NCBI GenBank assembly: GCA_951406725.2
Contig: OX597820.1
Location: 68,324,001-68,388,000, forward strand
DNA from: Octopus vulgaris
Lineage: Eukaryota
Length of the DNA stretch: 64,000 nucleotides
Reading direction: 5' to 3'
The notes under the pieces are model-generated. The model was not told the DNA's origin and searched no databases. It saw only the letters and a list, made by a program, of their open reading frames with translations. A program made the translations under genes and the position numbers. This document shows positions 12,870-25,849 of this stretch, piece after piece; position 1 is the stretch's first letter, and the number at the start of each line of letters is the position of its first letter.

Positions 12870-13165
12870 ACAGCCTTCGTTTATCACGGGTGTTTGGTTT
12901 CAAAAACACAACTTGTTAAATAAATCAGTGATAAATGACTAATATTACATGTGCAAAACAGCTTTCATTCCAAGACATTCACTTATCTTAAGCACTGAAG
13001 ATGGAAACTGGGGAGCACTTTTACGGTCCAAGCAGAATTTTTGACTGATTGCCAACCCTTGTTATCACAGATAAATTCGTGAAAAGTGTTAACATTATTT
13101 ACAACCAGCGTACCGTGTTATCCCGAGTCACTGTTGAATGAATCGGTGATAAACGAAGATAGATA
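12870..13165. mobile_element. Possible Tigger/pogo-like MITE remnant
   Basis: Subterminal inverted repeat cttcgtttatcac (12876-12888) / gtgataaacgaag (13147-13159). Confidence 0.35.
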
Positions 13166-13614
13166 TATCCTACTTTGCCAGTTATTTGTAAACGAAAGTC
13201 AGTACAATGTTAAAAATTTCCATTATCAAAATTAATAAAGCGTTTAAAGTTTCGAGGTCTTTAAGAATTTTATCTTGCAATAACCTGGATCTGGGTTTAC
13301 TAATGTGAAATCACTCACTGTCCATGGAGGCCAACAGTACGTCGTCTTGATGAGGTAACAAAGAAGCTTCTAGTTGCTAGATTTTATACAAATAGCTGTC
13401 AACTCTACCTCAAATCGCCCATTACCGTTTTATGTAAACTATATAACTCAATGGACAATAACGTTTCAAAGGGCAGAATAGCCGCAGCAGCCATGGTTTT
13501 AGATCACAAATCTACACAATTACAATTAAAGTGGATTTTCTCTTCCCAACATTGAAGAGAAAAAACATTTTACTTCTTTGTCCCAACAGGGAAATTAGAA
13601 ATAAACAAAAATTA

Positions 13615-13748
13615 GGCGCAGGCATGGTTGTGTGGTAAAGAAGCTCGCTCTGTAAACACCTATTTTCGGGTTCAGTCCAAGAGTGTGGCACCTTTGGGAA
13701 GTGCCTTCTATTATAATCCCGGGTCAACCAATGATTTTAAGTGAATAA

Positions 13749-13834
<86 letters not shown>

Positions 13835-14055
13835 GCGTGTGCGTGCGTGTGTGTGTGTGTGTGTGCGTGTGTGTATGTGCGCGTGTGTGTTTGTCCTATA
13901 CCACCGCTAGCTTATTAACGTCCCTGTAACCTAGCGATTCAGTAAAGGAGTCCGATAGAATTATGAACCGACTGTACAAAAGATAAGTATTGGGCTCAGT
14001 CGGTGCCCCAGTATGGCCGCAGTCCAATGACTGAAACAAGTAAAAGATAAAAGAA
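13615..14055 (+). mobile_element. SINE family A (diverged)
   Basis: ggcgcaggcatggttgtgtggtaaagaagct head, (TA)(TG) tract, ccagtatggccgcagtccaatgactgaaacaag tail. Confidence 0.8.
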
Positions 14056-15956
14056 ATAAAGTTAAATATTAATGAAAGAATACATAAATAAAATGATCGA
14101 CATTCTACAAACTCTTCTTTTGTCGTTACTGCTCCCGACGACGCTGGCCCACAACAGTTGTCTCATGTTTCACCCTTTGACCCTTATTTGAAGATTGATA
14201 TCCCCAAAGACCAAACCTCAATTAAATCATACAAAAGCTAATGTGTTGCGATCACACTTTTGTTTGTTTTCATGCAGAAGTCTTACTTCGGTATTTTGCT
14301 CCATCACCTCCTCCAGTTATTGTTTAGAACAACAAGTTAGCGTTTTGTTGGTGAGTGATAGAATAGATGAATGGAATACGAGCAGGAAGAGTGAAGCATG
14401 TATACAAAGTATGGAAATAATGATTGAGAAGAAAGATAAACATTAAGTGTATCTGTTTTACTCATTTGATTGTCAAAACAAACGAAATGTTCTGTTTTGA
14501 TTTTGGATTTTGTTAAATTTCTTCCAATCACTTGAAGTTTTTAAAATGTTCATCTTTCTTTTTAAAATAATGTAGTTCTGATATAATTTTGCATACTGAT
14601 GGCGATAACCACATTTACTTTTTCAATAAATTAATGATAAAGAAGTTACGGGCATTGAATTTATGCGATTTTAGCCAATCAACAACCTTTATTTTGCAGC
14701 AAATAATGTGTGTTAGTCTCAATGGTAGTGCAGATCAGCACAAACCAACTTTTACATGTTCTCCGACCCGCTAAAAATAGCAACTAAATCTTCCTTAAAC
14801 TACACTATAACTTCTAAAAACCATAAAGAGTGAAATACTGTGCCATAACACCGTTTAATTTGTCGCAGGCCCAATAACTTTCTAATTGACGGTAGCAATT
14901 TATAACACTTAAATTAAAGTGAATCTCCATAGATGTGAGTCTTTTATTGAACTAACGGCCATCGAAAATTATAAACACGGTTTAAATTCCATACTTCGTT
15001 TAGAATTTTATCAAACGGAAATATAAACATATATTTAATATCGATCTTCTTCAGGGATCATAAGTTTGATCACAAATTACATCCGTGTTACAATGTTTCA
15101 TCCTTTCTGTTTGATGTTGTAACTGTTTATAATTTTCGTGGGTCATGAGTTCGATAAAAGGTTTACATCCGAGGAGATTCATTTTCATTTAAATATTATG
15201 AATAAAACTCAACAAGTAGATATAGCTTGGGCTTACCCAAAGTGAGGAAATAAGCGGTGCTGTAGGACAACGTTGCGCCCTTTTTTAAACGTTATGGTGT
15301 AGTATAAGGAAGATTTGATTGTTATTTCTAGCAGGTTGAGGGATCATATAAAAGTTTGTGCTGAGACCAGTACAAACAATGTGCCGACAATGGGAGTCTA
15401 TCGATTTGCTAAAAGTACAGAACTTGTAAATTCTTCATTATTAATTTCTAGAAACAAAAATGAGTGCAATTATCTTCATCAGCAAGCAAAACTACATCAG
15501 AACTGTATATTGTGAAATAAATCTGGTCGAAATATGAAAAAAAAAAAAAAAAATTAAGTGGTTTAAAAAAAATCTAATAAGATCCTTGTTTTATTTTGTT
15601 TTCAGTGTCCATTAGTGTGATCTACACTCCAGATTACCCAATATGTCATTCGGTGTGTTCGAACTCGAGACTTCTCGATTCCAAAGCGGGCTTTCTTATC
15701 ATCCTGACATGAATATTCTCATACTCGGTAAGGTAGTCCGTACTAAGCGAAAGGTGAGTGACGAAGAGACTGTTTGGTTCAAGGCTGACCTGAGGCTAAA
15801 CAATCACAAGACAACCAAAGACCGACTACCGCCTCCACTAACCCAGGCAAAATCTTAGTTTGTTGGTCTCCCTACTTTCATTCCGTCGTTGGTGCCACGA
15901 TGACGAGTCAGCATTGTTATTATACAAATATAGTAAACAAACACGACAGAGACACA

Positions 15957-15959
<3 letters not shown>

Positions 15960-16029
<70 letters not shown>

Positions 16030-16122
16030 ATATATATATGTGTATATATATATATTTGTATATATATATATCATATATATGTATATATATATATATATCA
16101 TATATATATATATGCCATATCA

Positions 16123-16161
<39 letters not shown>

Positions 16162-16183
16162 ATATATATATAAACATATATGC

Positions 16184-16261
<78 letters not shown>

Positions 16262-16317
16262 AGAGAGATGCTTATATATAACTACATATGTAGATGAATA
16301 TGCAGATAGCCAGGTAA

Positions 16318-16362
<45 letters not shown>

Positions 16363-16395
16363 CACAGAGAGAGAGAGGGAGATAGACAGATAGAT

Positions 16396-16477
<82 letters not shown>

Positions 16478-16490
16478 TCAGATAGATATA
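15960..16490. repeat. Compound (TA)n/(TG)n/(TATC)n/(GATA)n microsatellite block
   Basis: Direct reading. Confidence 0.9.
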
Positions 16491-16975
16491 TAATTGATAC
16501 TTGTTTACACTGACAGAATGGTTAATTAAATCGACAGTCAGATCGACAGTGAGATAAACGAATGCTTAGATCTAGTTAAATATATTACAATCTGTCGTTT
16601 TTAAAGGACTTATAATATTTGAAGACTTCAACCTGTTGAAGAATGGTGCTCGGCTCGCCATGCTTCTCGTATCTTGTTTTGTTTTTTCTTCTCCCTCCAA
16701 ACCCGTTCTATAAACACAAGATTTTACAAACAAAAACAATGTTTTTCTTCAGGTTTATTTTTTCTGTTCACAGACTTGACGTCGTCCAGCGACGAGACAA
16801 CCTCTCCAACAAAATATATATATATATATAAAAAAAAAGAACAGTTGCTACTGCTGCTTGTGGTCGTACCACTACCCTACCTTAACCACAAGCCCCATCA
16901 ATACGATTATCTCCACTATGACTAGAACAGCTACCACGCCACCACCATTACTGCTACTACTTCCACACCACCACA

Positions 16976-17034
<59 letters not shown>

Positions 17035-17084
17035 AACGACGGCGACGACGACGTAAAGGAACTAATATCTCTCCTCAACAGTAG

Positions 17085-17285
17085 TTCGGCGAGCTGGAAG
17101 AAACGTTTGCACACCGGGCGAAGTGCTTAGGATATTTCGTCTGTCTTTACGTTCCGTGTTCAAATTCCGCCGAGGCCGAATTTGCCTTTTATCCTTTCAG
17201 GGTTGATATATTAAATACCAGTTGCGTACTGGGGTCGATCTAATCGACTGGCTTCCTCCCACCAAAACATTTTCGGGCCTTGTGC
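17085..17285 (+). mobile_element. SINE family B monomer
   Basis: ggcgagctggaagaaacgtt...gttcaaattccgccgagg...actggggtcgatctaatcgactgg. Confidence 0.8.
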
Positions 17286-17358
17286 TTCAGCATGGCCGCA
17301 GTGCAGAGACTGAAGCAAATAATTCAATAAAAAGTAAAAGACAGCAAACATAATCATA

Positions 17359-18560
17359 TTGGGTCATCCCATAAACAATGCTGTTTTTTATACTTTTATT
17401 TTTCAGAATTAACATAAACAAAGTTCCTTTTTAATCTAAAATATACTCTCCTTCATGCTCTACAATGCTCTTCCATCTATCTGGTAGATTTGCAAGGCTC
17501 CTCTTCCAAAATTCACTAGTCCGTGACGAAGAATACTCCTCCAGTACAGTTCGGACCTCCTCTACTGAATTCATATTTTTCCCTCCAAATGATTTTGAAG
17601 ACTGCAGAATAAATAATAATCGGATGGGGCAATGTCAAAGGCGTATATGGTGGATGCGGCATCGTTTTCCATTCAAACATCTGCCTTTGGAATGTCATCA
17701 TCGTTATATGTGGCCGAGCATTATCCTGATGGAAGAACATCTTTCGTCTTGAAACCAAAGATGTTCTTTTTCCAGTGGCATTCAGGAGTCGATGAATGGT
17801 TGCGTGACCAAATCCAAACCTCTCTGCTGGTTCCTTAAAAGTTACGAAGGGAATTTTTTTCACCTGGGTTTGCAGGATGTCCTCGTCAAACTTTACAATC
17901 TCCCAGGACGAGGCTTGTCTTCTAGATTGTAGTTTCCGGCTCGGAATTTAGTGAACCACTGTTGACACTGACTTATACTTATTGTCCGTTCTCCATATGT
18001 TTTGTTTGTTTGTTCCTTCCTTCTCGAACCACACCTGGCTCATAAGGGCAATTTTCCCGGTTTCCTTGGCGTATAGGTTCCCCACCCGGACGGGACGCCG
18101 GTCCGTCGCAGGTGAGCTGCACGATGCAGGAGGAAAGAGTGAGAGAAAATTGTGGCGAAAGAGTCAGCAAAAGTTCGCCATTACCTTCTGCCGGAGCCGC
18201 GTGGAGCTTAGGTGTTTCGCTCATAAACACATACATCGCCCGGTCTGAGATCCGAACCCGCGATCCCTCGACCGCAAGACCGCTGCTCTATCTACTAGGC
18301 CATGTGCCTCCACCCGTTCACCATATATTACATTAATATTCCTCTCACTTTCCATTGCGTTGTTCCCTTCCGAATATGCTCATTTGTCACTTCCATTATG
18401 GCTCTGAAAAAATCGAACTGCACTCCTTAAAATTTGCGCTATGAATAAAGACAAGGTAAAATTAATACCTGCTGTTATAGCAAGTCAATGCAGGTAGTTT
18501 ATCCCGTCTTTTAGTTCATGCAATTGAAAAAAAAAAACCGCATTATTTATGGGATGACCA
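17359..18560 (-). mobile_element. Degenerate mariner (Tc1/mariner) transposon
   Basis: TIRs ttgggtcatcccataaacaatgc / gcattatttatgggatgacca with TA flanks. The minus-strand ORF contains FHQDNARPH and WKTMPHPPY (mariner transposase motifs) and is frameshifted and internally deleted. Confidence 0.9.
17999..18313 (-). mobile_element. tRNA-derived SINE family C (Arg-like head) inserted in the mariner
   Basis: Minus strand ggaggcacatggcctagt...gggttcggatctc head, cctgcgacggaccggcgtcccgtcc core, (aaac)n tail. 13-bp TSD ccgttc(t/a)ccatat at 17986-17998 and 18314-18326. Confidence 0.9.
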
Positions 18561-19057
18561 TATACATGAACAAAGAACACTACAAAGTTTAATAGAACAA
18601 AAACTGAAAGACAAAGAAAAAACATTTAAGTATACAAACATATATATATCTATACGCTCTGCGAGAACTCTCCGACATAAACAACGACCTACAAATACAA
18701 ACACTCATCCGATAATCTCTATTTCAACTAAGGACAAATTCTTAATATATCAAACTAAAAATGATTCCAAGATAACAAGAAATATTTAGATATACAAGAA
18801 TGAAAAACAAAGTTGAGTTTTGCAAAGAAAACACTTAACTCTCATGATTCATTTCTGAAAGAAGAAAGAAAAAAAGTTATATTCTTCGGCGTGGAACAAC
18901 TACAGAGCAGACAACTAAATTGCCATTGTTTTTATTTGTAGTTATGAAAACAATTGTCGGTCAGATGATTCTTACAATTTGACCTTTGCATGTCCAAAGA
19001 GGACCTGGTAATTTGTAGGAATTTAGAGAAATAACAAAACTTTCTTACACACACACA

Positions 19058-19138
<81 letters not shown>

Positions 19139-19211
19139 GCATACATACACACACATTTAAATATACGTATGTACTGTGTATGTATATGTCTATCCTCTCT
19201 CTCTCTCTGTC

Positions 19212-19259
<48 letters not shown>

Positions 19260-19262
<3 letters not shown>

Positions 19263-19475
19263 TTTCATTCTTTCACTTGTTTCAGTCATTGGACTGCGGC
19301 CATGTTGGAGCACCGCCTTTTAGTCGAAGAAATCAACCCTAGAACTTTGTAAGCCTGATACTTATTCTATCGTTTTCTTTTGACGAACCGCTAGGTTAAA
19401 GGGATGTAAACACATCAACATCTATTGTCAAGCGATGATGGTTGGGAACAAACACAGATGCAAAGAGACACATAA
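19260..19475 (-). mobile_element. SINE family A tail half
   Basis: cttgtttcagtcattggactgcggccatgttggagcaccgcc... up to the internal microsatellite. Confidence 0.8.
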
Positions 19476-19482
19476 ATATGTA

Positions 19483-19532
<50 letters not shown>

Positions 19533-19805
19533 ACGCTGGTGGTGTTGTTACACACCATACTAATCATATCTGTCAGGCATGTGGAAGAGAGTGTAATTCG
19601 GCAGGAGGATTTAAACGACATGCAAAGGTACATAAAGCCCAGTTACAACTACAGCCGGCTATTGCCGGTCAAGGTTTTAGCTGCCAATTCTGTAAAAGAC
19701 ATTGTAGATCTTTAGCGGCGCTAACAAGACACATTCCATCACAGCACGAATAACAGTTAAGCTTCGTGCAATGGCCATACTCGATAACTAGAGGGCAGCC
19801 ATCAT
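19533..19805 (+). mobile_element. 5'-truncated LINE 3' end (probably RTE clade) encoding two C2H2 zinc fingers
   Basis: HICQACGRECNSAGGFKRHAKVH and FSCQFCKRHCRSLAALTRHIPSQH, stop at 19753, short 3' UTR, then (TA)n. No real start codon or splice acceptor; flanked by (TA)n on both sides. Confidence 0.65.
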
Positions 19806-19832
19806 ATACATGTATGTATATATGCATATATA

Positions 19833-19908
<76 letters not shown>

Positions 19909-20056
19909 TACATATATTATTACCTATATATATATATGTATATATGTATATATATATGTATATATGTATATATGTGTATATATATATATATATATATGTA
20001 TGTATATATGTATATATATTTATTAATATATATATATATACATATACATACATACA

Positions 20057-20092
<36 letters not shown>

Positions 20093-20119
20093 TATATATA
20101 TGACGAGCTTCTTTCAGTG

Positions 20120-20950
20120 TCACATTGTTAGTGCTTTTGAAAGTATTGCGCAGAAAGAGTACAAGTCGTGTATATGTATATATATATGTGTATGTGTGTG
20201 CTTGTATGTCTGTGCTTGTCTCCCTGGTGTGTTTACCTCCCCGTCACTTAGCGGTTCGGCAAAAGAGTCCGGTGGAATAAGTACTGGGCTTGCGGGGAAT
20301 AAGTCCCGGGGTCGATTTGCTCGACTAAAAAAGGCGGTGCTCCAGCATGGCCGCAGTCAAATGACTGAAACAAGTAAAAGAATAAAAAAAGAAAGAATAG
20401 AAAAGTATAGACACGACAAGGTATCCCAAAACCTCCACTGGCTACTATGTCGTAAGTATGGATATGAAGTTACGGGTGCTTGGTACCAGCATACACCGGA
20501 AAAGGTAATGAACGAAAAGTGGAAGGCAAAACACCTCTGGGACTTTGACTTCCAGACAAAGTGTTAGAGCACCGAAGGTCGGATACAATAACTTTTAGGA
20601 GTGACAAACAAGAGTGCCTAATAATTGACGTTTCACTGCGAGGGTATCAACTTATTAACATGAAAGAAAGAGAAAAGGCTGATAAATATGGAAACCTGAG
20701 AATTGAGATTGCTAATATGCGGCAGCTACGAGAGTCAAATAAAGGTTATCTCTATTCAATACCGCCCAATCTGAAAAAAACTAAACAAACATCTGAAAAC
20801 TTTAGGAATACCCTGCAATGTATTGCAAAAGTCGGCATTACTCAGAACTGCACGCTTATTGCGTAAACTACTGTCTGTTTGAGGTTCATGTTGTGACTTC
20901 ACAAACAGTACAAACCCCTGGTAGACACAATATATTCAACCAACAACCTC
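20120..20950 (+). mobile_element. R4/Dong-like non-LTR retrotransposon 3' fragment (RLE domain), split by a SINE A tail at ~20166-20404
   Basis: [15 protein letters not shown] | [11 protein letters not shown]...WYQHTPEKV...LWDFDFQT...CLIIDVS...EKADKY; followed by a long (AAT)n. Confidence 0.8.
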
Positions 20951-20976
20951 ACGATGTTGTATAGTGTGCGACGTTT

Positions 20977-20994
20977 ATAATAATAATAATGATG

Positions 20995-21048
<54 letters not shown>

Positions 21049-21062
21049 TTAATAATGATAAA

Positions 21063-21132
<70 letters not shown>

Positions 21133-21192
21133 TTAATAATGATAATAATGATAATAATATTAATAATGATAATAATAATAATCATAATAATC

Positions 21193-21271
<79 letters not shown>

Positions 21272-21273
21272 TA
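20977..21273. repeat. (AAT)n microsatellite
   Basis: Direct reading; poly-N/poly-I ORFs. Confidence 0.95.
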
Positions 21274-21610
21274 ATGGGCTGCTGCAAATATTCTGCTCAA
21301 TATCACAGATTTGCTCGTCAGAGTTTGGATAATTCACCTCTGGAAACATGGGTGCTTCATTCAACATCCTTAAACAACCCTTCTTCAGGGATTTTTGAGC
21401 AGGATGGGCTACTCAAGCCGAAGAAAATTCTAACTGGGCCCCACCTGCAAGGTCATGCGCTTTTTATCTTGATGTCACCATGTCACGCACATATGGATGT
21501 GATGCATGTGCCTGGCATACTCTTATCAGACGTGAAGTCATGATGGGTATACAGGGCTTCGTATATTTTACCCCATTGTCACTTTGATGGAATGCACTGC
21601 TCTCTCACTC
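21274..21610 (+). mobile_element. 5'-truncated copy of an (AAT)n-associated non-coding retroelement
   Basis: Homologous to ~45723-46182 (gcaaatattctgctcaat...gcactgctctctcact) with an internal deletion; (AAT)n on both sides. Confidence 0.75.
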
Positions 21611-21669
<59 letters not shown>

Positions 21670-21740
21670 TAATAATAATAATAATAATAATAATGATAAT
21701 AATAATAATAATAATAATAATGATAATAATAATAATAATG

Positions 21741-21805
<65 letters not shown>

Positions 21806-22001
21806 CCATGGATAGAATTTATAAACATTTTAATGGATTACGTTTTAAGTGCGTTTCCACAAATACTGTGTTTCTTACGTCCATAGTTCGTTATTCATGG
21901 GATGATCACGGTAATATCCGTAATATCCATGTACACCGGATATCATGTATACAAACGCACGGGCACACACACATATATGTGCGTGTGCGTATGTGTATAC
22001 G

Positions 22002-22209
<208 letters not shown>

Positions 22210-22231
22210 GTATATATATTCATATATAATG

Positions 22232-22522
22232 AACTCTCCTGTCGTTAGACGCCGCATGAGGGCTCGACAATTTCTTATCGAACAACCACACAGATGATTT
22301 GTTTATGGTGATCAAATGTTTGTGTACACATAAGCTCACTCCCTCCGTCGAATCAATATTACCTATACAGGTGCAACAGGTGCCACATGTCAGATGACGA
22401 AATGATCGCAGAGCAACGTGAAATGAAGTGCTTTGCTTAAGACCACAACGCAAATCCTGGTCTGGGAATCGGATCCCACAATCTCGCAATCCTTAGTGCA
22501 ACATCCTAACCACTGAGCCATG
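22232..22522 (-). mobile_element. tRNA-derived SINE (family C-type head, different body)
   Basis: gagcaacgtgaaatgaagtgctttgcttaagaccacaacgc...ggaatcgga...cctaaccactgagccatgc is the reverse complement of the head type seen at 63736. Confidence 0.65.
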
Positions 22523-22566
<44 letters not shown>

Positions 22567-23838
22567 TATGTATACATGTGCGTGTATGTATGTATGTATG
22601 TATACGTGTGTGTGTGTGTGAGTGTGTGTGTGATAATAAAAAACACGAAAAGCACCGTGGAGTACAGCTATTTATCGTGCTGGTAAAAACAAGAAGCCGA
22701 CTTAGTAATTGCTTTCGATGGAAAATTAGCATCTGTATTTAGAAAAATATCAAGAGAAATCAAGGGGAGATAATTAAGTGCACTGCAAATATAACCACCA
22801 TTTTACGAAAATCAAAATCTACGGAAGCCATTACTTTAATGTGTTTTGATGTTTCCCATAGTTTATTCTTTATTCCTGCCAAAATGAATTTTGTAAAATG
22901 CAGACAGGTAGAAAACATCTCAGTTCTCGTATTTATACAGTCCTTAAGTGTTTTTTTTTAAAGAGACAAGTTTTCAGGAGATCAAACCGAACATATTTTG
23001 TTTGACAGGTTAATATATGGTTTGGTGTTAGAAAATATCTATTTGATGCTGTAGATGATGTTCTCAACCTTAAGTCCCCGAATGCTACTTAGGTTGTTTG
23101 CGAGTAGACGTACTTCCTGGGCCTGCATTTGTTGTTCTACAAACACTACAACTGAAATTTTTTTTAAATGATGTTGGGAATGCGTTTGCGTGAAGAGTCT
23201 GAAGATATTATGATCTATTTTCTTTCATGTTTTGTCCTCACTCCCTAAAGAGTTTTGAATATCTTACACACGTTTGCCACTTCTAGAATATTTATCCATT
23301 AAGTAGTTGAGTGATCTGCTTTTTTTGCATTTTTTAAATGACGTTTCCAACAACCTTCTCGGCATTAATCTGGAAACCTGAACAACTCGCATAAAATAAG
23401 AAAATTATAACCCTCCAGTGGCTGTACAAAATACCAAGAGCGAGAGTTTTCCTTTAGGTCCGCATGAAGAAAGAGCTGAGGCTTTACTCCCTAGAGAAAA
23501 AAGGGAAAGGTATAAAGTGACACGCCGCTACACACACATACACACACCAACAAACATAACAATATTAATATATGTCTTCTACACACACCAACAAACATAA
23601 CAATATTTATATATGTCTTCTACTTCTTCCAGTCACCGACTTCAAGTATTTTAGTCGAATACATCGTCCCCAGAACATTTTTAAACCTGGTAAATTTTCT
23701 AATCAACTTCTTTTCCGAACCGCTAGGCTACTGGAAAATGAACACATAAGTGGTCTATGAAGGGATCTGGTCTCAACAAGCATTAAGACGGAACAAAATA
23801 TTCGAACGCTCTTATGACTCTACCAAGTATTCACTTCA

Positions 23839-24010
<172 letters not shown>

Positions 24011-24968
24011 GATCTTAGAAGATCAAACACTCAGTCACTCAAATTTGGGATTGAAATCTACACCAGTCACCGAACTGGACATCACTGCATAGTACCTACG
24101 ATCCTAGTCTCGCCATCCCGAGTAAAAACTCAATACTCAAAACAGCTTACGATTCATCGGATCGCAAATTTTTATTATCTTCATCACAGAGGTTTCCTAA
24201 TTTAGAAATAGATGTGTTCAAAAAACATTTAGAAATATTTTTATCTGAGATACAAGACGAAAACACGTCATGGCATAGCAAAAATAGGGCAGCTATGTCA
24301 AAGCCACTTCACCAGGATGAAAAGTGAATTAAACAAGATTTAATCCTAATGGGGGTGCCGCAGCATGGTCACAGCATCTGATTGAAACCACTTAAAGAAT
24401 ATATGCATGCATACAAACCCACCCACACACAATCACATACACATACATACACAAATATATGCACACACACATGCATGCTTGCATATATATGTATGTAAAA
24501 CTGTGTGTGTGTGTGTGTGTGTGTTTGTACGAAGAGAGGAGTGAGAAAAGTACAAATGTATATAAGTGTACATGTAGATATATATGGATATTTATCCATA
24601 TATGTATATACCCCTATATGTGTTTTATATATACTTAAACAAACACACACACGCACACACACATATATAAATATGTATATATATATGTGTGTGTGTGTAT
24701 GTATGCATATGTATATATATATTTACATATATGCATAAACACACACATATATATTCATGAAGCATATTCCATACATTTTCTGTAAATGATGGGAAGAATT
24801 ATATATAAAAAATACGCTTATTGTATGTGGTGAAGGAAAAATAATCTCTAACCGTCTGAGCTAACAAGCAGTCCTTTGATAAAAGGAACGAAAAAAACCT
24901 GATTATCTAATTTTACCCTAATTCGTATGCTGATTGTTTGCTCGTTTTTCACGCTATTCCTAAACTTA

Positions 24969-25007
<39 letters not shown>

Positions 25008-25051
25008 TAAATATACATACGAATATATACAAATATATATAGTCCTTTTTA

Positions 25052-25086
<35 letters not shown>

Positions 25087-25105
25087 TCTATATCTATCTA
25101 TCTAT

Positions 25106-25195
<90 letters not shown>

Positions 25196-25797
25196 ATGTA
25201 TATAAGCTTTTTGAACCATATATAAATGCATAGACACACACTTATACACACAAACACATGCGCACACAGACGCATACACTCACAGATACACACGCACATG
25301 CACAATCGCATATACATATATGTGTGCTGAACAAATTTTCCAGACTTGATTAAATGAACCTTTTGCATTAGCATCTAAAAATAAAAGATTGCGGGAAAAA
25401 AAATCAAAAACATAATTGGATAAATTTTGGAGAATTTTTGTATGTATTGATATTTAAAAACTCTAGGTTGTTTGGGGTTTTATAGCCCAACCGGCAGACA
25501 AAAAAATTTGCATCGATAAATAAATATATAAATAAACGTATATGACAAGAACAAAAAAATAACGATATAGACCATAATTACATTTTGAAGTTGTTGATTT
25601 ATCTTGAGATAACTGACATTATTTTGCAAAAATTGATGAAAAAGGAACTGCATAACGCTGAGAAAGAATATTTTTGACAGCCTTGGCAACATAAGCTTAA
25701 ATAACTTTTTGAAATTTTATTTAACAAATGTCAGGGATGCAATAGCTTCAAACTGTATTATAGTTTTGGAATTCATGGTAACTATGGATTATTATTT

Positions 25798-25849
<52 letters not shown>

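Noticed and set aside
12994-13007. CTGAAGAtgGAAAC hammerhead-like core
   Set aside because: No room for stem II and no stem I or III pairing.
14280-14310. Possible minus-strand micro-exon ATG GAG CAA AAT ACC GAA|GTAAGA
   Set aside because: Too short to distinguish from chance without transcript data.
16589-16661. Possible minus-strand first coding exon MASRAPFFNRLKSSNIISPLKTTD
   Set aside because: Good ATG context but weak donor (GTAATA), no recognisable protein and no linked exons.
23541-23622. 41-bp tandem duplication
   Set aside because: Simple local slippage duplication with no further structure.
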